From Candidatus Nomurabacteria bacterium RIFCSPHIGHO2_01_FULL_37_25 (lineage in GTDB: Bacteria; Patescibacteriota; Minisyncoccia; Phycocordibacterales; UBA9973), in NCBI GenBank assembly GCA_001786765.1, contig MFTH01000013.1, positions 19,974 to 83,973 of the forward strand: a DNA stretch of 64,000 nt, read 5' to 3'. The notes below the pieces were generated by a model, which was not told the DNA's origin, did not search any database, and saw only the letters and a list, made by a program, of their open reading frames with translations. Both the position numbers and the translations under genes were made by a program. Every line of letters starts with the position of its first letter. Positions within the stretch are counted from its first letter, which is position 1. Of the stretch, positions 47,285-57,310 are shown one piece after another.

Positions 47285-48328
47285 ATGTCAAGTCCTAAAA
47301 CAAAAGACCCACGCGAGGGCGGGGCAAAAAAAACTGAAGACGTGATTTTAGATCAAACCCTGCGTCCCGCTCGCTGGGATGAATATATTGGCCAAAAACA
47401 CATCAAAGACAACGTTAAAATCTTGTTAAGAGCGGCAGAAGAACGCGGACATATTCCCGAACATATTCTCTTTTATGGACCCCCGGGGTTAGGCAAAACT
47501 ACCTTGGCGCATCTCATCGCCAAGGAGACTGGACGACAAATGAAGATAACTTCAGGACCAGCGATTGAAAAAGTGGGTGATTTGGCTTCTATTCTTACCA
47601 ATCTTGCCCCGGGTGATATTCTTTTTATAGATGAAATTCATAGATTAAACAAAATGGTTGAAGAAATACTTTATCCCGCTATGGAGTCCGGTGTTTTAGA
47701 TATTATCATCGGCAAAGGTCCGTCTGCTCGCACTATTCAGCTAGACCTTCCATCTTTTACGCTAATCGCGGCAACTACTCGTGTCGCTTTAATTTCCTCG
47801 CCTCTGCGTTCACGATTCTCTGGTGGAGTTTTTAGATTGGAGTTTTATTCAAATGAAGAAATTGTAAAAATAATAGAGAGGTCAAGTAAAATTCTGGATA
47901 TTATTCTAGAAAAAGAGGCTTTGGAAGAAATTGCCAAAAGAAGCAGGTTCACTCCCCGCGCGGCAAATTATTTCTTGAAACGCTGTCGTGACTTTGCTCA
48001 AGTAAATAAAAAAGGCGATAAAAAGAATTTAGATCAGAAAATAACTAAAGAGGCGCTAGATATGTTGGCAGTTGATGCTATTGGACTCAATTCTTCTGAT
48101 AGAAAATTCTTAGAAATATTAATTGAAAAATTCAACGGTGGGCCGGTGGGATTAAAAACTATGGCTGCGGCTTTATCAGAGGAAGAAGCTACAATAGAGG
48201 AAGTAATGGAGCCATATTTAATCCAGCTCGGTCTCTTGGAACGCACTGCCCGCGGCCGAGTCGCCACTAAAAAAGCCTATGAACATTTGGATTTTGAATT
48301 TACAGGAAAACAAGATAAGTTGCTATAA
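47285..48328 (+). CDS. ruvB: Holliday junction helicase RuvB
   Basis: LRP..W..YIGQ, GPPGLGKTT, FIDEIHR, EPYLIQ.G...RT.RGR. Confidence 0.97.
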   Translation: MSSPKTKDPREGGAKKTEDVILDQTLRPARWDEYIGQKHIKDNVKILLRAAEERGHIPEHILFYGPPGLGKTTLAHLIAKETGRQMKITSGPAIEKVGDLASILTNLAPGDILFIDEIHRLNKMVEEILYPAMESGVLDIIIGKGPSARTIQLDLPSFTLIAATTRVALISSPLRSRFSGGVFRLEFYSNEEIVKIIERSSKILDIILEKEALEEIAKRSRFTPRAANYFLKRCRDFAQVNKKGDKKNLDQKITKEALDMLAVDAIGLNSSDRKFLEILIEKFNGGPVGLKTMAAALSEEEATIEEVMEPYLIQLGLLERTARGRVATKKAYEHLDFEFTGKQDKLL

Positions 48329-48363
48329 AATAAAACTGGGTTAAAGTGTTAAAATTATAGATT

Positions 48364-48846
48364 ATGACAAGAATATTAGGCATAGATCCTGGATTTGAGA
48401 GATTGGGAATCGCTGTTTTAGAAAAATCCCAAAAAGACAGAAAAGAAAAAATAATTTTTTCTGAATGTTTCAAAACTTCTAGTAAATTAGACTTTTCGGA
48501 GCGACTGTGTTTAATAGGCGAAGAGATAAAAAAAATAATCCAAGAATACAAGCCAGAAGTTTTGGCTATTGAAACTTTATTTTTAAACACAAACCAAAAA
48601 ACAGTCATGCATGTCGCTGAAGCGCGCGGAGTTGTGATTTACGAAGCCATACAAGCAAAACTTAAAATTTTTGAAGCGACTCCCCTGCAAGTAAAAGTGG
48701 CAACTACAGGCTACGGCAGAGCAACTAAGGAACAAATAATGAAAATGGTAAAAATATTGATTGACTTAGACAAAATAAAAAAATCGGACGACGAATTGGA
48801 CGCTATAGCTATCGCTCTGACTATCTTCGCGCATAAAAAATTTTAG
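48364..48846 (+). CDS. ruvC: Holliday junction resolvase RuvC
   Basis: ILGIDPG, AIE.LF, ARGV, GYGRATKEQ, DDELDAIAIA. Confidence 0.97.
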   Translation: MTRILGIDPGFERLGIAVLEKSQKDRKEKIIFSECFKTSSKLDFSERLCLIGEEIKKIIQEYKPEVLAIETLFLNTNQKTVMHVAEARGVVIYEAIQAKLKIFEATPLQVKVATTGYGRATKEQIMKMVKILIDLDKIKKSDDELDAIAIALTIFAHKKF

Positions 48847-48855
48847 TTATCCACA
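48847..48855 (+). promoter_or_regulatory. Perfect DnaA box TTATCCACA
   Basis: Consensus match immediately after ruvC stop. Confidence 0.55.
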
Positions 48856-48934
48856 CATTGAGTCTTTTTGCTATTGCCAACTATTTTAGATTTTGATACA
48901 AAATAGGAGTTATTAATAATAATTTATAAATTAT

Positions 48935-49069
48935 ATGAATTATGAAGATGACGAAGTAGTAAATGGTTTAAAAATAAATTTTGAAGGTGAAGATGATGAA
49001 CCTTTAGATCCGCCGGAAGAAATAAATGACTTTGGTCTAGACGAAGAAGACCCTGATAGAGATAGCTAG
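48935..49069 (+). CDS. 44-aa highly acidic microprotein (not in ORF track)
   Basis: MNYEDDEVVNGLKINFEGEDDEPLDPPEEINDFGLDEEDPDRDS; 19/44 D/E; stop overlaps tyrS stop. Confidence 0.65.
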   Translation: MNYEDDEVVNGLKINFEGEDDEPLDPPEEINDFGLDEEDPDRDS

Positions 49070-50238
49070 CTGGAGTTATTAAAAAATCTTCCAAATCTGC
49101 GTTTGCCTATTTTTAATCTAGTTCCAGAGTTTGGAATAATGTTTGAGTCTGACACAGACTCTCCTGAGTCTAGATTTGTGATTGCTTTCTCTTTTACTAA
49201 TCTTCTAAAATCAGCCCTTGATGAGACAACACCGCTTGAAACAACAGCATCCATAAGAGTATTCCCTCTCATTTCTATCATCTCTTCCGGGGTTTCTTTT
49301 TTCTGAAACGTGTTTTCCCATATCTCTTGCGTTTTTTTAGCTTGATTAGCATCATTCAAATCCTTAACAATCTCAAAGGCAAGCCTCTTTTTGTCCTCAA
49401 GCGGGTTTTGCTTCGGAATTTCTTCCATTGGTATTGTAGTTAACGTCTCAAAACATACAGTGACTACTTCGTCTGGAAAAGCCATTATTTTGCCAAATAA
49501 ATCTTCTGGTTTATCATCTAGAGCAATAGAATTACCTTCAGTTTTACCTATTTTCACGCCTTGTTTGTCTTCTAAAAGTTTTGTGGTCATAACAAACTTT
49601 TCTTTTTTTAACATCTGTCTCATGAGTTTCCGGCCCATCATCATGTTAAACATTTGGTCCCTCCCTCCTACTTCTAAATCAACAGCCATAGCGACTGAGT
49701 CATAAGCTTGCATGACCGGGTATAGAAATTCGCTGGTGTTTATCTCTTGACCCAATTTTAGTCTTTCTTGAAACATATCTCTCTCAATGACTTGACTATA
49801 AGTTAAATTCCCTGCGATTTGTAAAAACTCCACTGCGCTTAACTTTCCCAACCAGTCACCATTAAAAAGTACTTCGGCTGGGTTCTCTCCTTCAAATCTA
49901 AGAATTTTACCTGCTTGTTTTTTATAATTTTTAGCGTTGGTTATGGTCTCTTCATGGGTTAATACTTTTCTAGATGAAAGTTTCCCGGACGGATCACCAA
50001 TCATTGCAGTATAATCTCCAATCAAAAAGATAACCTGATGGCCCAATGCCTGCCACTGGGCAAGTTTTCGCAAACCAACCATATGACCAATATGGAGTTT
50101 ATCCCCTGTTGGGTCAAATCCTTGATATAGACGGAGTTTTTTACCAGACATTAAAACTTTTTCAAGCGTGGACTTGTCGGGATATATTTTTTCTACCCCG
50201 CGAGTTAACAATTCGTCTATTTTGTGTTTATCTATCAT
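49066..50238 (-). CDS. tyrS: Tyrosyl-tRNA synthetase
   Basis: GFDPTG..LHIGH, YPVMQAYD, GGRDQ, KIGKT, S4-like tail. Confidence 0.97.
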   Translation of the reverse strand: MIDKHKIDELLTRGVEKIYPDKSTLEKVLMSGKKLRLYQGFDPTGDKLHIGHMVGLRKLAQWQALGHQVIFLIGDYTAMIGDPSGKLSSRKVLTHEETITNAKNYKKQAGKILRFEGENPAEVLFNGDWLGKLSAVEFLQIAGNLTYSQVIERDMFQERLKLGQEINTSEFLYPVMQAYDSVAMAVDLEVGGRDQMFNMMMGRKLMRQMLKKEKFVMTTKLLEDKQGVKIGKTEGNSIALDDKPEDLFGKIMAFPDEVVTVCFETLTTIPMEEIPKQNPLEDKKRLAFEIVKDLNDANQAKKTQEIWENTFQKKETPEEMIEMRGNTLMDAVVSSGVVSSRADFRRLVKEKAITNLDSGESVSDSNIIPNSGTRLKIGKRRFGRFFNNSS

Positions 50239-50304
50239 AGACAAACATTATCATAATAAAGAGAAAATCTCAAAAACCTGTTACGAAGTAAACAATTTTC
50301 TGTT

Positions 50305-52842
50305 ATGATTAAAGAAATGAAAAAATTAGTTAAAAATAAAAGATTTTGGAAAAATATACTGTTGTTTTCCTCCAGTATTTTTCTTTTAATAATCGTAATA
50401 ATAATTATTTGGCTTTCTTCTCTTAAGATACCGGATTTTAGTTCTTTTCAGGACAGAAAGGTTGTTAATTCAACAAAAATATACGATCGGACTGGAGAAA
50501 TCTTGCTCTATAATATACACCAAGACACAAAAAGGACCGACATAGCTTCGGAAGCCATGGGAATAAATATCAGGAATGCTACGGTAGCGATTGAAGATTC
50601 TGAGTTTTATAATCATAGCGGAGTGCGCATTACTTCTACAATTCGCGCGGTTTTTTCAAATATATTCGGTCTTGGAATAGGTGGTGGTGGGTCAACCATA
50701 ACTCAACAATTGGTAAAAAATACATTGCTAACTCAAAGTAGTGGTTTTGGCAAGTATGTAAGGAAAATAAAAGAATGGGTGCTAGCAATAAAAATAGATG
50801 GGTCAATGTCAAAAGAAAAAATTCTGGAATACTATCTAAATGAAAATCCTTATGGTGGAAATATCTATGGAATAGATCAAGCCAGCAAAACTTACTTTGA
50901 TAAAAATCCAATTGACCTGACGCTTGCCGAAGCCGCTTATTTGGCGGCCATACCGCAATCTCCAACAATACTGTCGCCTTATGGGAAAAATAAAATCAAA
51001 CTAGAGGCTAGAAAAAATTTAGTGCTTTCCAGAATGCTCGAACTTAATTTTATAAAAAAAGAAGAATATGATGAGGCAAAAAAAGAAGTGGTGGTTTTTG
51101 TTCCGCAAGCAACCTTGGGAATAAAGGCGGCGCATTTTGTTTTTTTTATTAAAGATTATCTTGAACAAAAATATGGCAGTGAAATGATAGAAAAAGGCGG
51201 GCTTAAAGTCACAACAACATTGGATTACAATTTGCAAGAGAAAGGAGAGCAAATCGTCAAAGAAGGCGCATTGCAAAATGAGAAAACTTGGAATGGAGAA
51301 AATGCCAGCCTAGTAGCGATAGATCCCAAGACAGGTCAGATTCTGACAATGATAGGTTCTCGAGATTATTTTGACAAAGAAATAGATGGAAATTTTAATG
51401 TAGCCGTCGCTTCTAGACAACCGGGTTCCTCTTTTAAGCCTTTTATATACGCCACAGCTTTTCAGAAAGGCTTTACGCCTGAAACAGTGCTCTTTGATCT
51501 GCCTACAGAATTCCAAACTACTTGTAATGCTTATGGCAAAGCTCTGCCTGGACACAATCAAAAAGATTGTTATATGCCTGATAATTATGATGGAAAATTC
51601 CGTGGGCCGATGAGCCTTCGAGATGCTTTGGCGCAATCAATCAATGTCGTCGCGGTAAAACTTTTCTATTTAGCCGGAACTTCTGATTCATTAAAAACAG
51701 CGGAGGATCTGGGTATCAGCACTTTAAGTGATGTCGGACGATATGGACTTACCTTGGTTATCGGAGGCGGAGAAGTATCGCTTCTTGACATGACGTCTGC
51801 TTACGGAGTTTTTGCAAATGATGGTGTTCGCAATCCTTATACTGGAATCCTAAAAATTGAAGATAGAAACGGAAAAATTTTAGAAGAGTACATACCAAAG
51901 ACACAAGAAGTTTTACCTAAAAATACTGCATTGACTATTTCAGATGTTCTATCAGACGAAAAAGCGCGTGTGCCGACTTTTGGAGCGCATTCAGCCCTTT
52001 TTATACCCGAGAGAGATGTGGCTGTAAAAACTGGAACAACAAACAACAATAGAGATGCTTGGACTATTGGCTATACACCATCTATCGTTGTTGGAGTATG
52101 GGCTGGTAATAATGATAATAAGGTTATGAAAAAAGGAGGAGTCGCCGTAGCTGGACCCATTTGGAATAAATTTATAAATGAAGCGTTAAAAACTTTGCCT
52201 AATGAAAAATTAGAAAAACCAAACTTGGATATTGACCCAACTGCAATAAAACCAATACTGCGCGGATTTTGGCAAGGAAATGAAAGCTTTTTTATAGATA
52301 AAATTTCCGGGAAATTGGCAACCGCTAATACCCCAAAAGAAACCACACTAGAGAAAGTCCTCACCAATGTACGCTCAATTCTTTACTGGATAGATAAAAA
52401 TAATATAACGGGAACCTCGCTTACAAATCTATCCAATGATCCGCAGTTTAACCACTGGGATATACCTATACAAAATTGGTGGGCGCAAAATCGCGGACGA
52501 TATGCAATAACAACTCTAAACAACAAACCAAACGCAAAAGATGACGTGCATACTAATTCATCAAAACCGATCATTACAATCATTGAACCAAACATAAATA
52601 CCACCTATTCACCTGACCAAAAAATAAATCTAAAAATTTCAAGTTCTGGAATTTATCCTCTTCTTAAAATAGATGCTTTTATAAACGATACATATTTAGA
52701 AACCCTGCGAGCTCCTTTTGTTTTTTCTTTCACTCCTTCTAAATTAGAAAACCTGCAAATAGAAAATGAATTAAAAATAATCGCCTACGACAATGTTTAT
52801 AACAGCAGTGAAACAACTTTAATATTCAAAGTTCAAGAATAA
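50305..52842 (+). CDS. Class A penicillin-binding protein (PBP1A family)
   Basis: AIEDSEFY, GGSTITQQL, RKIKE; SSFK, SIN, KTGT. Confidence 0.96.
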   Translation: MIKEMKKLVKNKRFWKNILLFSSSIFLLIIVIIIIWLSSLKIPDFSSFQDRKVVNSTKIYDRTGEILLYNIHQDTKRTDIASEAMGINIRNATVAIEDSEFYNHSGVRITSTIRAVFSNIFGLGIGGGGSTITQQLVKNTLLTQSSGFGKYVRKIKEWVLAIKIDGSMSKEKILEYYLNENPYGGNIYGIDQASKTYFDKNPIDLTLAEAAYLAAIPQSPTILSPYGKNKIKLEARKNLVLSRMLELNFIKKEEYDEAKKEVVVFVPQATLGIKAAHFVFFIKDYLEQKYGSEMIEKGGLKVTTTLDYNLQEKGEQIVKEGALQNEKTWNGENASLVAIDPKTGQILTMIGSRDYFDKEIDGNFNVAVASRQPGSSFKPFIYATAFQKGFTPETVLFDLPTEFQTTCNAYGKALPGHNQKDCYMPDNYDGKFRGPMSLRDALAQSINVVAVKLFYLAGTSDSLKTAEDLGISTLSDVGRYGLTLVIGGGEVSLLDMTSAYGVFANDGVRNPYTGILKIEDRNGKILEEYIPKTQEVLPKNTALTISDVLSDEKARVPTFGAHSALFIPERDVAVKTGTTNNNRDAWTIGYTPSIVVGVWAGNNDNKVMKKGGVAVAGPIWNKFINEALKTLPNEKLEKPNLDIDPTAIKPILRGFWQGNESFFIDKISGKLATANTPKETTLEKVLTNVRSILYWIDKNNITGTSLTNLSNDPQFNHWDIPIQNWWAQNRGRYAITTLNNKPNAKDDVHTNSSKPIITIIEPNINTTYSPDQKINLKISSSGIYPLLKIDAFINDTYLETLRAPFVFSFTPSKLENLQIENELKIIAYDNVYNSSETTLIFKVQE

Positions 52843-52860
52843 AACTTCTGTTTTATCGTG

Positions 52861-53640
52861 TTATTGTCTCAAACCGAGACCACTGCGAAGAAAATACAAA
52901 TTGACCAAAAGGAGAATACTAGCGAGACTAAATAAAACGAGTATGCAAATGAAAAGTGAGACGTCGGCTGTGCCGAGAAAACCATAACGGAATCCATTGA
53001 TAAGATAGAAAATCGGGTTTATAAGCGAAACATTTTGCCATAAAGGTGGAAGCGAATGAATAGAGTAGAAAACACCGCCTAGATAGACAAGCGGTGTGAG
53101 CACAAAGGTTGGAATAATAGAAATACCGTCAAAACTTTTAGCATATATGCCATTGACGAGTCCCAGAAGGGCAAAAACGAGCGAGGAGAGAAAGAGAAAG
53201 AGAAAAACAACGAATGGATGCGCGATCGCTGGAAGCGCGAAAAAGAGAGAAACAATAAGCACAAGAACACCGACTAGCATTCCTCGCGCCACGCCACTTG
53301 CAACAAAACCAGCGATGATGATCCACGGTGGTGTGGGTGATACAAGAATTTCATCTATATTGCGCGAAAAGAATTTAGATATAAAAAAAGTGGTTGCGAC
53401 ATCTGTAAAAGAGTTCGTGATAACAGCGAGCATAACGAGTCCCGGAACAACAAAAAGAATATAGGGAACGCCATTTAATTCTCCAATACGTGAGCCGAGG
53501 ATGTTTCCGAATACAGCGAAATAAAGCACTGAAGTAACGACGGAGGGCAGAAGAGTCTGCGACCAAATACGCATAATGCGCACGATGCCTTTACGTAAAA
53601 TAGTATAGAAAGAGATAAATTGTTTTTTCTTGAGAGACAT
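52861..53640 (-). CDS. ABC-2 permease (YadH-like)
   Basis: RIWSQTLLP, PGLVM, TPLVYLGGVFYS, NPIFYLINGFRYGFLG. Confidence 0.92.
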   Translation of the reverse strand: MSLKKKQFISFYTILRKGIVRIMRIWSQTLLPSVVTSVLYFAVFGNILGSRIGELNGVPYILFVVPGLVMLAVITNSFTDVATTFFISKFFSRNIDEILVSPTPPWIIIAGFVASGVARGMLVGVLVLIVSLFFALPAIAHPFVVFLFLFLSSLVFALLGLVNGIYAKSFDGISIIPTFVLTPLVYLGGVFYSIHSLPPLWQNVSLINPIFYLINGFRYGFLGTADVSLFICILVLFSLASILLLVNLYFLRSGLGLRQ

Positions 53641-53641
53641 A

Positions 53642-54403
53642 TTAAGAACCGCTACTAGTTAGTTTTATAAATACATCCTCCAGCTTGCCACCACTATATC
53701 CATTTTGTGGCATAGAAGTGTCGTGCATAGCTAGTATCTCGTCCATAGTGCCACTCGCAATTATTTTACCCTTATTAATAATAGCGACATGCTTGGCAAG
53801 TTGTTCGGCTTCTTCAAGATAGTGTGTCGTGAGAAGAATTGTGATGCCTTGTTTGGTGAGAGTTGTAAGGTAATCCCACATACTCCGACGAAGTTCCACA
53901 TCCACACCCGCTGTTGGTTCGTCAAGAATTAGAAATTTTGGTTCGTGGATAAGCGCGCGCGCTATCATGAGACGGCGCTTCATACCACCCGAGAGTTTGA
54001 AGCCTATCTGGTCGCCCTTGTCAGCAAGACCGAGGTCTTCGAGCAGTTTTTTCGCGCGTGGGATAGCGACCGAACGTGGAATGCCATAATACCCAGCCTG
54101 ATTCACCACAATGTCTAGTGGTTTCATAAAAGGGTCAAAATTCACTTCTTGCCCGCAAAGTCCAATCATTTCTCTAGCGCGCTCTGCTTCCTTATCAATA
54201 TCTACGCCAAACACTTCTACTTTTCCAGCTGTTTTTGTGACAAGACCAGTGACAATGCCAATGAGAGTTGTCTTACCAGCGCCATTGGGACCGAGAAGAG
54301 CAAAAAAATCTCCTGCTGGTATTGTGAGGGAGACATCTTTTAGCGCTTCGGGGCCGTGAGCATACTTTTTTTGTAGATTGGTAACGATAAGAGCGTTTTG
54401 CAT
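53642..54403 (-). CDS. ABC transporter ATP-binding protein (YadG-like)
   Basis: GPNGAGKTT, LSGGMKRR, LDEPTAGVD. Confidence 0.94.
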   Translation of the reverse strand: MQNALIVTNLQKKYAHGPEALKDVSLTIPAGDFFALLGPNGAGKTTLIGIVTGLVTKTAGKVEVFGVDIDKEAERAREMIGLCGQEVNFDPFMKPLDIVVNQAGYYGIPRSVAIPRAKKLLEDLGLADKGDQIGFKLSGGMKRRLMIARALIHEPKFLILDEPTAGVDVELRRSMWDYLTTLTKQGITILLTTHYLEEAEQLAKHVAIINKGKIIASGTMDEILAMHDTSMPQNGYSGGKLEDVFIKLTSSGS

Positions 54404-54439
54404 ATTTATATATTTATATAATAGATATTGCTATATAGA

Positions 54440-55537
54440 TTATCTATTCATCGGCATTATAAGATAAAGAAATGATGTATCCCCCACTGAAGACACCACT
54501 ATGGGGTTGCTAGGACCAAAGAATTTTATAGATATGCTATCGGTAATGATTGACTGGAAACAATCTAAAAAATATTTGTAATTAAAACCAAGCTCAACAT
54601 TTTCTCCTGTTATGGCGGCATCCAAATATGTTTTATTTTCTCCGATATCATTATTGGAAGACGAAAGCTCAAAAATTTTTTCTTTTGGTTTAATAACCAG
54701 ATTTACTTGATTAAATTTACCTGAAAAGATATTGGAAAGTTTAAGCGCGTTTAACAGGTCTTGTTTTAGCACTATGGCATTAGTTCCTGAAGTTTTGGGG
54801 ATGATTTGACGATAATCTGGAAAAACTCCATCAATTACCCGCGAAGTTAGATAAAAATCATCGGACGAAAAAGAAATTTGGTTTTTGTTAAAACATACTT
54901 TTATAATCGAAGTGGATTCCCCAAAAACTCGGAGTATTTCAGAAATATTTTTAAACGGAATAAGAATACCTGCTATTTCAGGAAGTCCTTTTATTTTTAT
55001 TTTTTTCTCAGACAGCCTAAAAGAGTCTGTGGAAACAAAAACCAAGTTGTCCTCATTTGTATATATAAAAACGCTTGAAATTTCAGGTTTTATATCAGAA
55101 ACAGAAGAGCTGTAATAAACTGATTTTATTCCCTCTATTAATTTTTTTGATTCTATTTCAAAACTTGTTCCCACCACCTTCGGTATTGTTGGGAAGTCTT
55201 CGTGCGGTTGCCCTTTTAGTTTTATCTTGCTTTTTTTGGTTTGGATGAGTAAATTACCATCAACACTTTCCAGATAAATATTTTCATTTTGAAAAACATT
55301 GGAAAAAATGCCATTTAATACCGACCCAGAAACCGCGACAATGCCTTCTTTTTCTATTTTTGCTGGAATTTCAACCTCAATACCAAGACTCAAGTTTGTA
55401 GATCTAAGTTTTAAAGATTTTAGAGAGGCAATAAGTAAAATTGAATTTAAAATCGGTAAAGTTAAATTTTTACCTGTAATTTTTTCCACTTGTAAAATTT
55501 TATTTTTTATTTCTTCAATTTTGCATTCTAGTTTCAT
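54440..55537 (-). CDS. dnaN: DNA polymerase III beta sliding clamp
   Basis: LPILNSI, STDSFRL, FPDYRQIIP, GFNYKYFLD, LIMPM; next to dnaA. Confidence 0.97.
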   Translation of the reverse strand: MKLECKIEEIKNKILQVEKITGKNLTLPILNSILLIASLKSLKLRSTNLSLGIEVEIPAKIEKEGIVAVSGSVLNGIFSNVFQNENIYLESVDGNLLIQTKKSKIKLKGQPHEDFPTIPKVVGTSFEIESKKLIEGIKSVYYSSSVSDIKPEISSVFIYTNEDNLVFVSTDSFRLSEKKIKIKGLPEIAGILIPFKNISEILRVFGESTSIIKVCFNKNQISFSSDDFYLTSRVIDGVFPDYRQIIPKTSGTNAIVLKQDLLNALKLSNIFSGKFNQVNLVIKPKEKIFELSSSNNDIGENKTYLDAAITGENVELGFNYKYFLDCFQSIITDSISIKFFGPSNPIVVSSVGDTSFLYLIMPMNR

Positions 55538-55643
55538 CCCGTTTAGAAGTTTTCCTGATTTTACTTAATTTTATTAAATAATATCAGATAACTTGAATTA
55601 TTTTTTTTTATAATCTTTCCCCGAAAGGTATCTTCTAACGGGA
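55538..55643. mobile_element. CCCGTTAGAA-type hairpin insertion at dnaN start with TTCAT (ATGAA) duplication
   Basis: CCCGTTTAGAAG / CTTCTAACGGG; TTCAT at 55533-55537 and 55644-55648. Confidence 0.85.
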
Positions 55644-55649
55644 TTCATG

Positions 55650-55786
55650 TTTATATTTTATATATTTAATTTATTAATACTATTAGATACCTTGATAAGT
55701 GGATAACTCGTTTTGTTTTTAATTTATAAAGCTATTTTTTAATTTTTGTTTTTAATTTAAGTCTAATAACTTATAATAACTTTTAT
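55650..55786. other. Probable oriC unwinding region (dnaA-dnaN intergenic)
   Basis: Minus strand TTATCCACT + degenerate box, then CTA ATA GTA TTA ATA trio-like run (55672-55686) and very AT-rich DNA. Confidence 0.7.
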
Positions 55787-57130
55787 TTACTTAAACATAA
55801 TTCGTATTTGCTCCAGTTCTTGTAAAAGTTGTGAGTCGTTTTTGAGATCGTTTTTAATTTTTATACAGGAATGTATTACTGTTGTGTGGTCTTTCCCGCC
55901 CAGCTTTTCCCCAATCAACGGATATGATATATTAAAGTCTTCTCGAAGTAAATACATAACCACTTGTCTTGCTTTGACGATATCTTTTTTTCTGGTTTTT
56001 TCATAAACTGAAGCTTCTTCTAATTTATAATATTCACTCACTATTTTCACAACATCTTTTATTGCTATATTTTTTTTAGGCTTCATGTTGTTTTTTAGCA
56101 AGTTTTTTACTTCAATGAGAGTTAAAGGCTTGTTTTTCAAGCGATAATGGCAAACTATAATATTCAAACTCCCCTCAAGCTCTCGAATATTGCCATCTAC
56201 CGACAGAGCCACATACTCTAGTATTTCTTGGTCTAGGTCAATATCAAGTTCTTTTAATTTTACTTTTAAAATCGCAAGACGAGCCTCATACTCTGGCGGA
56301 GAGATATCTACTATCATTCCGGCCGCAAAACGAGACTTTAAACGGTCAGCCAATTCCGGAATGTAATTTGGATGTTTATCAGAAGAAAAAATAATTTGCT
56401 TGTTATTTTCGTGAAAAGTGTTGAATGTGTGGAAAAGTTCTTCCTGAATTTTTTCCATTTTGCCGATGAATTGAATGTCGTCTATGATTAAGAGGTCGTA
56501 TTTGCGATATTTTTCTTTAAAAGAATTTGCTTTATTGCTTTGAAGCGAGCTGATAAAATCAGTAGCGAATTTCTCCAAAGTCATATAGTGGACCTTTTTG
56601 TTTGGGTATTTATCTTTTATTGAATTTCCTACCGCTTGAATTAAATGAGTTTTACCGAGACCGGTGCCTCCATAGATAAAAAAAGGGTTGTATTTCGTGC
56701 CGGGATTATCTATTATGGCGAGACTCGCGGCGTACGCGAGCTCGTTGAAAGTTCCCACAATAAAAGAATTAAAATGATAGCGCGGATTCAAATTATTTTC
56801 TGGATTTATGTAAAGATCTCGCAAGGGCAGTTCTTTGTTTACGCTTGTTTCTATTATTGTTGTCGTTTTTTCTTTATTGTTTTCTATTTTAGTGATGGTG
56901 TATTCCACTGCGCGCATATTTTCATACGCATCGGCTATGGTTTTTGTGATAAGTTTGTGGTATTTATTTATGAGCCAATCGCGAACAAACTCATTTGGCA
57001 CACCAATATAGATGATGCCTGTGTCTTCTTTAACAATGGATGTATTTTTAAACCACGTGCTGAAATTTGCCTTTGACATGCCCGCCTCTATTTCTACCAG
57101 ACAATTTTTCCAAAGCTGTGTTGTGTTCAT
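55787..57130 (-). CDS. dnaA: Chromosomal replication initiator DnaA
   Basis: YNPFFIYGGTGLGKTHL, IIDDIQF, RLKSRF, NIRELEG, GGKDHTTVIH. Confidence 0.98.
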   Translation of the reverse strand: MNTTQLWKNCLVEIEAGMSKANFSTWFKNTSIVKEDTGIIYIGVPNEFVRDWLINKYHKLITKTIADAYENMRAVEYTITKIENNKEKTTTIIETSVNKELPLRDLYINPENNLNPRYHFNSFIVGTFNELAYAASLAIIDNPGTKYNPFFIYGGTGLGKTHLIQAVGNSIKDKYPNKKVHYMTLEKFATDFISSLQSNKANSFKEKYRKYDLLIIDDIQFIGKMEKIQEELFHTFNTFHENNKQIIFSSDKHPNYIPELADRLKSRFAAGMIVDISPPEYEARLAILKVKLKELDIDLDQEILEYVALSVDGNIRELEGSLNIIVCHYRLKNKPLTLIEVKNLLKNNMKPKKNIAIKDVVKIVSEYYKLEEASVYEKTRKKDIVKARQVVMYLLREDFNISYPLIGEKLGGKDHTTVIHSCIKIKNDLKNDSQLLQELEQIRIMFK

Positions 57131-57194
57131 CCTATTAGAAAGCGACTAAATAATAATTTTACTATTGACCATGCCCCGTAAATTTCTAACGGGA
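57131..57194. mobile_element. CCCGTTAGAA-type hairpin insertion at dnaA start with TTCAT duplication
   Basis: CCTATTAGAAA / TTTCTAACGGG; TTCAT at 57126-57130 and 57195-57199. Confidence 0.85.
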
Positions 57195-57267
57195 TTCATT
57201 AGTCTCATATTATACTATTTTTGTTTAACAAAAAAACTCTTGTAAATAGATGAAAACTTATTAACTC

Positions 57268-57287
57268 TGTTGATAAGCTGTGGATAA
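57268..57287 (-). promoter_or_regulatory. Tandem DnaA boxes upstream of dnaA
   Basis: TGTTGATAA (1 mismatch) and TGTGGATAA (perfect). Confidence 0.8.
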
Positions 57288-57310
57288 AAATTTTAGATTC
57301 TAAGTCACTT

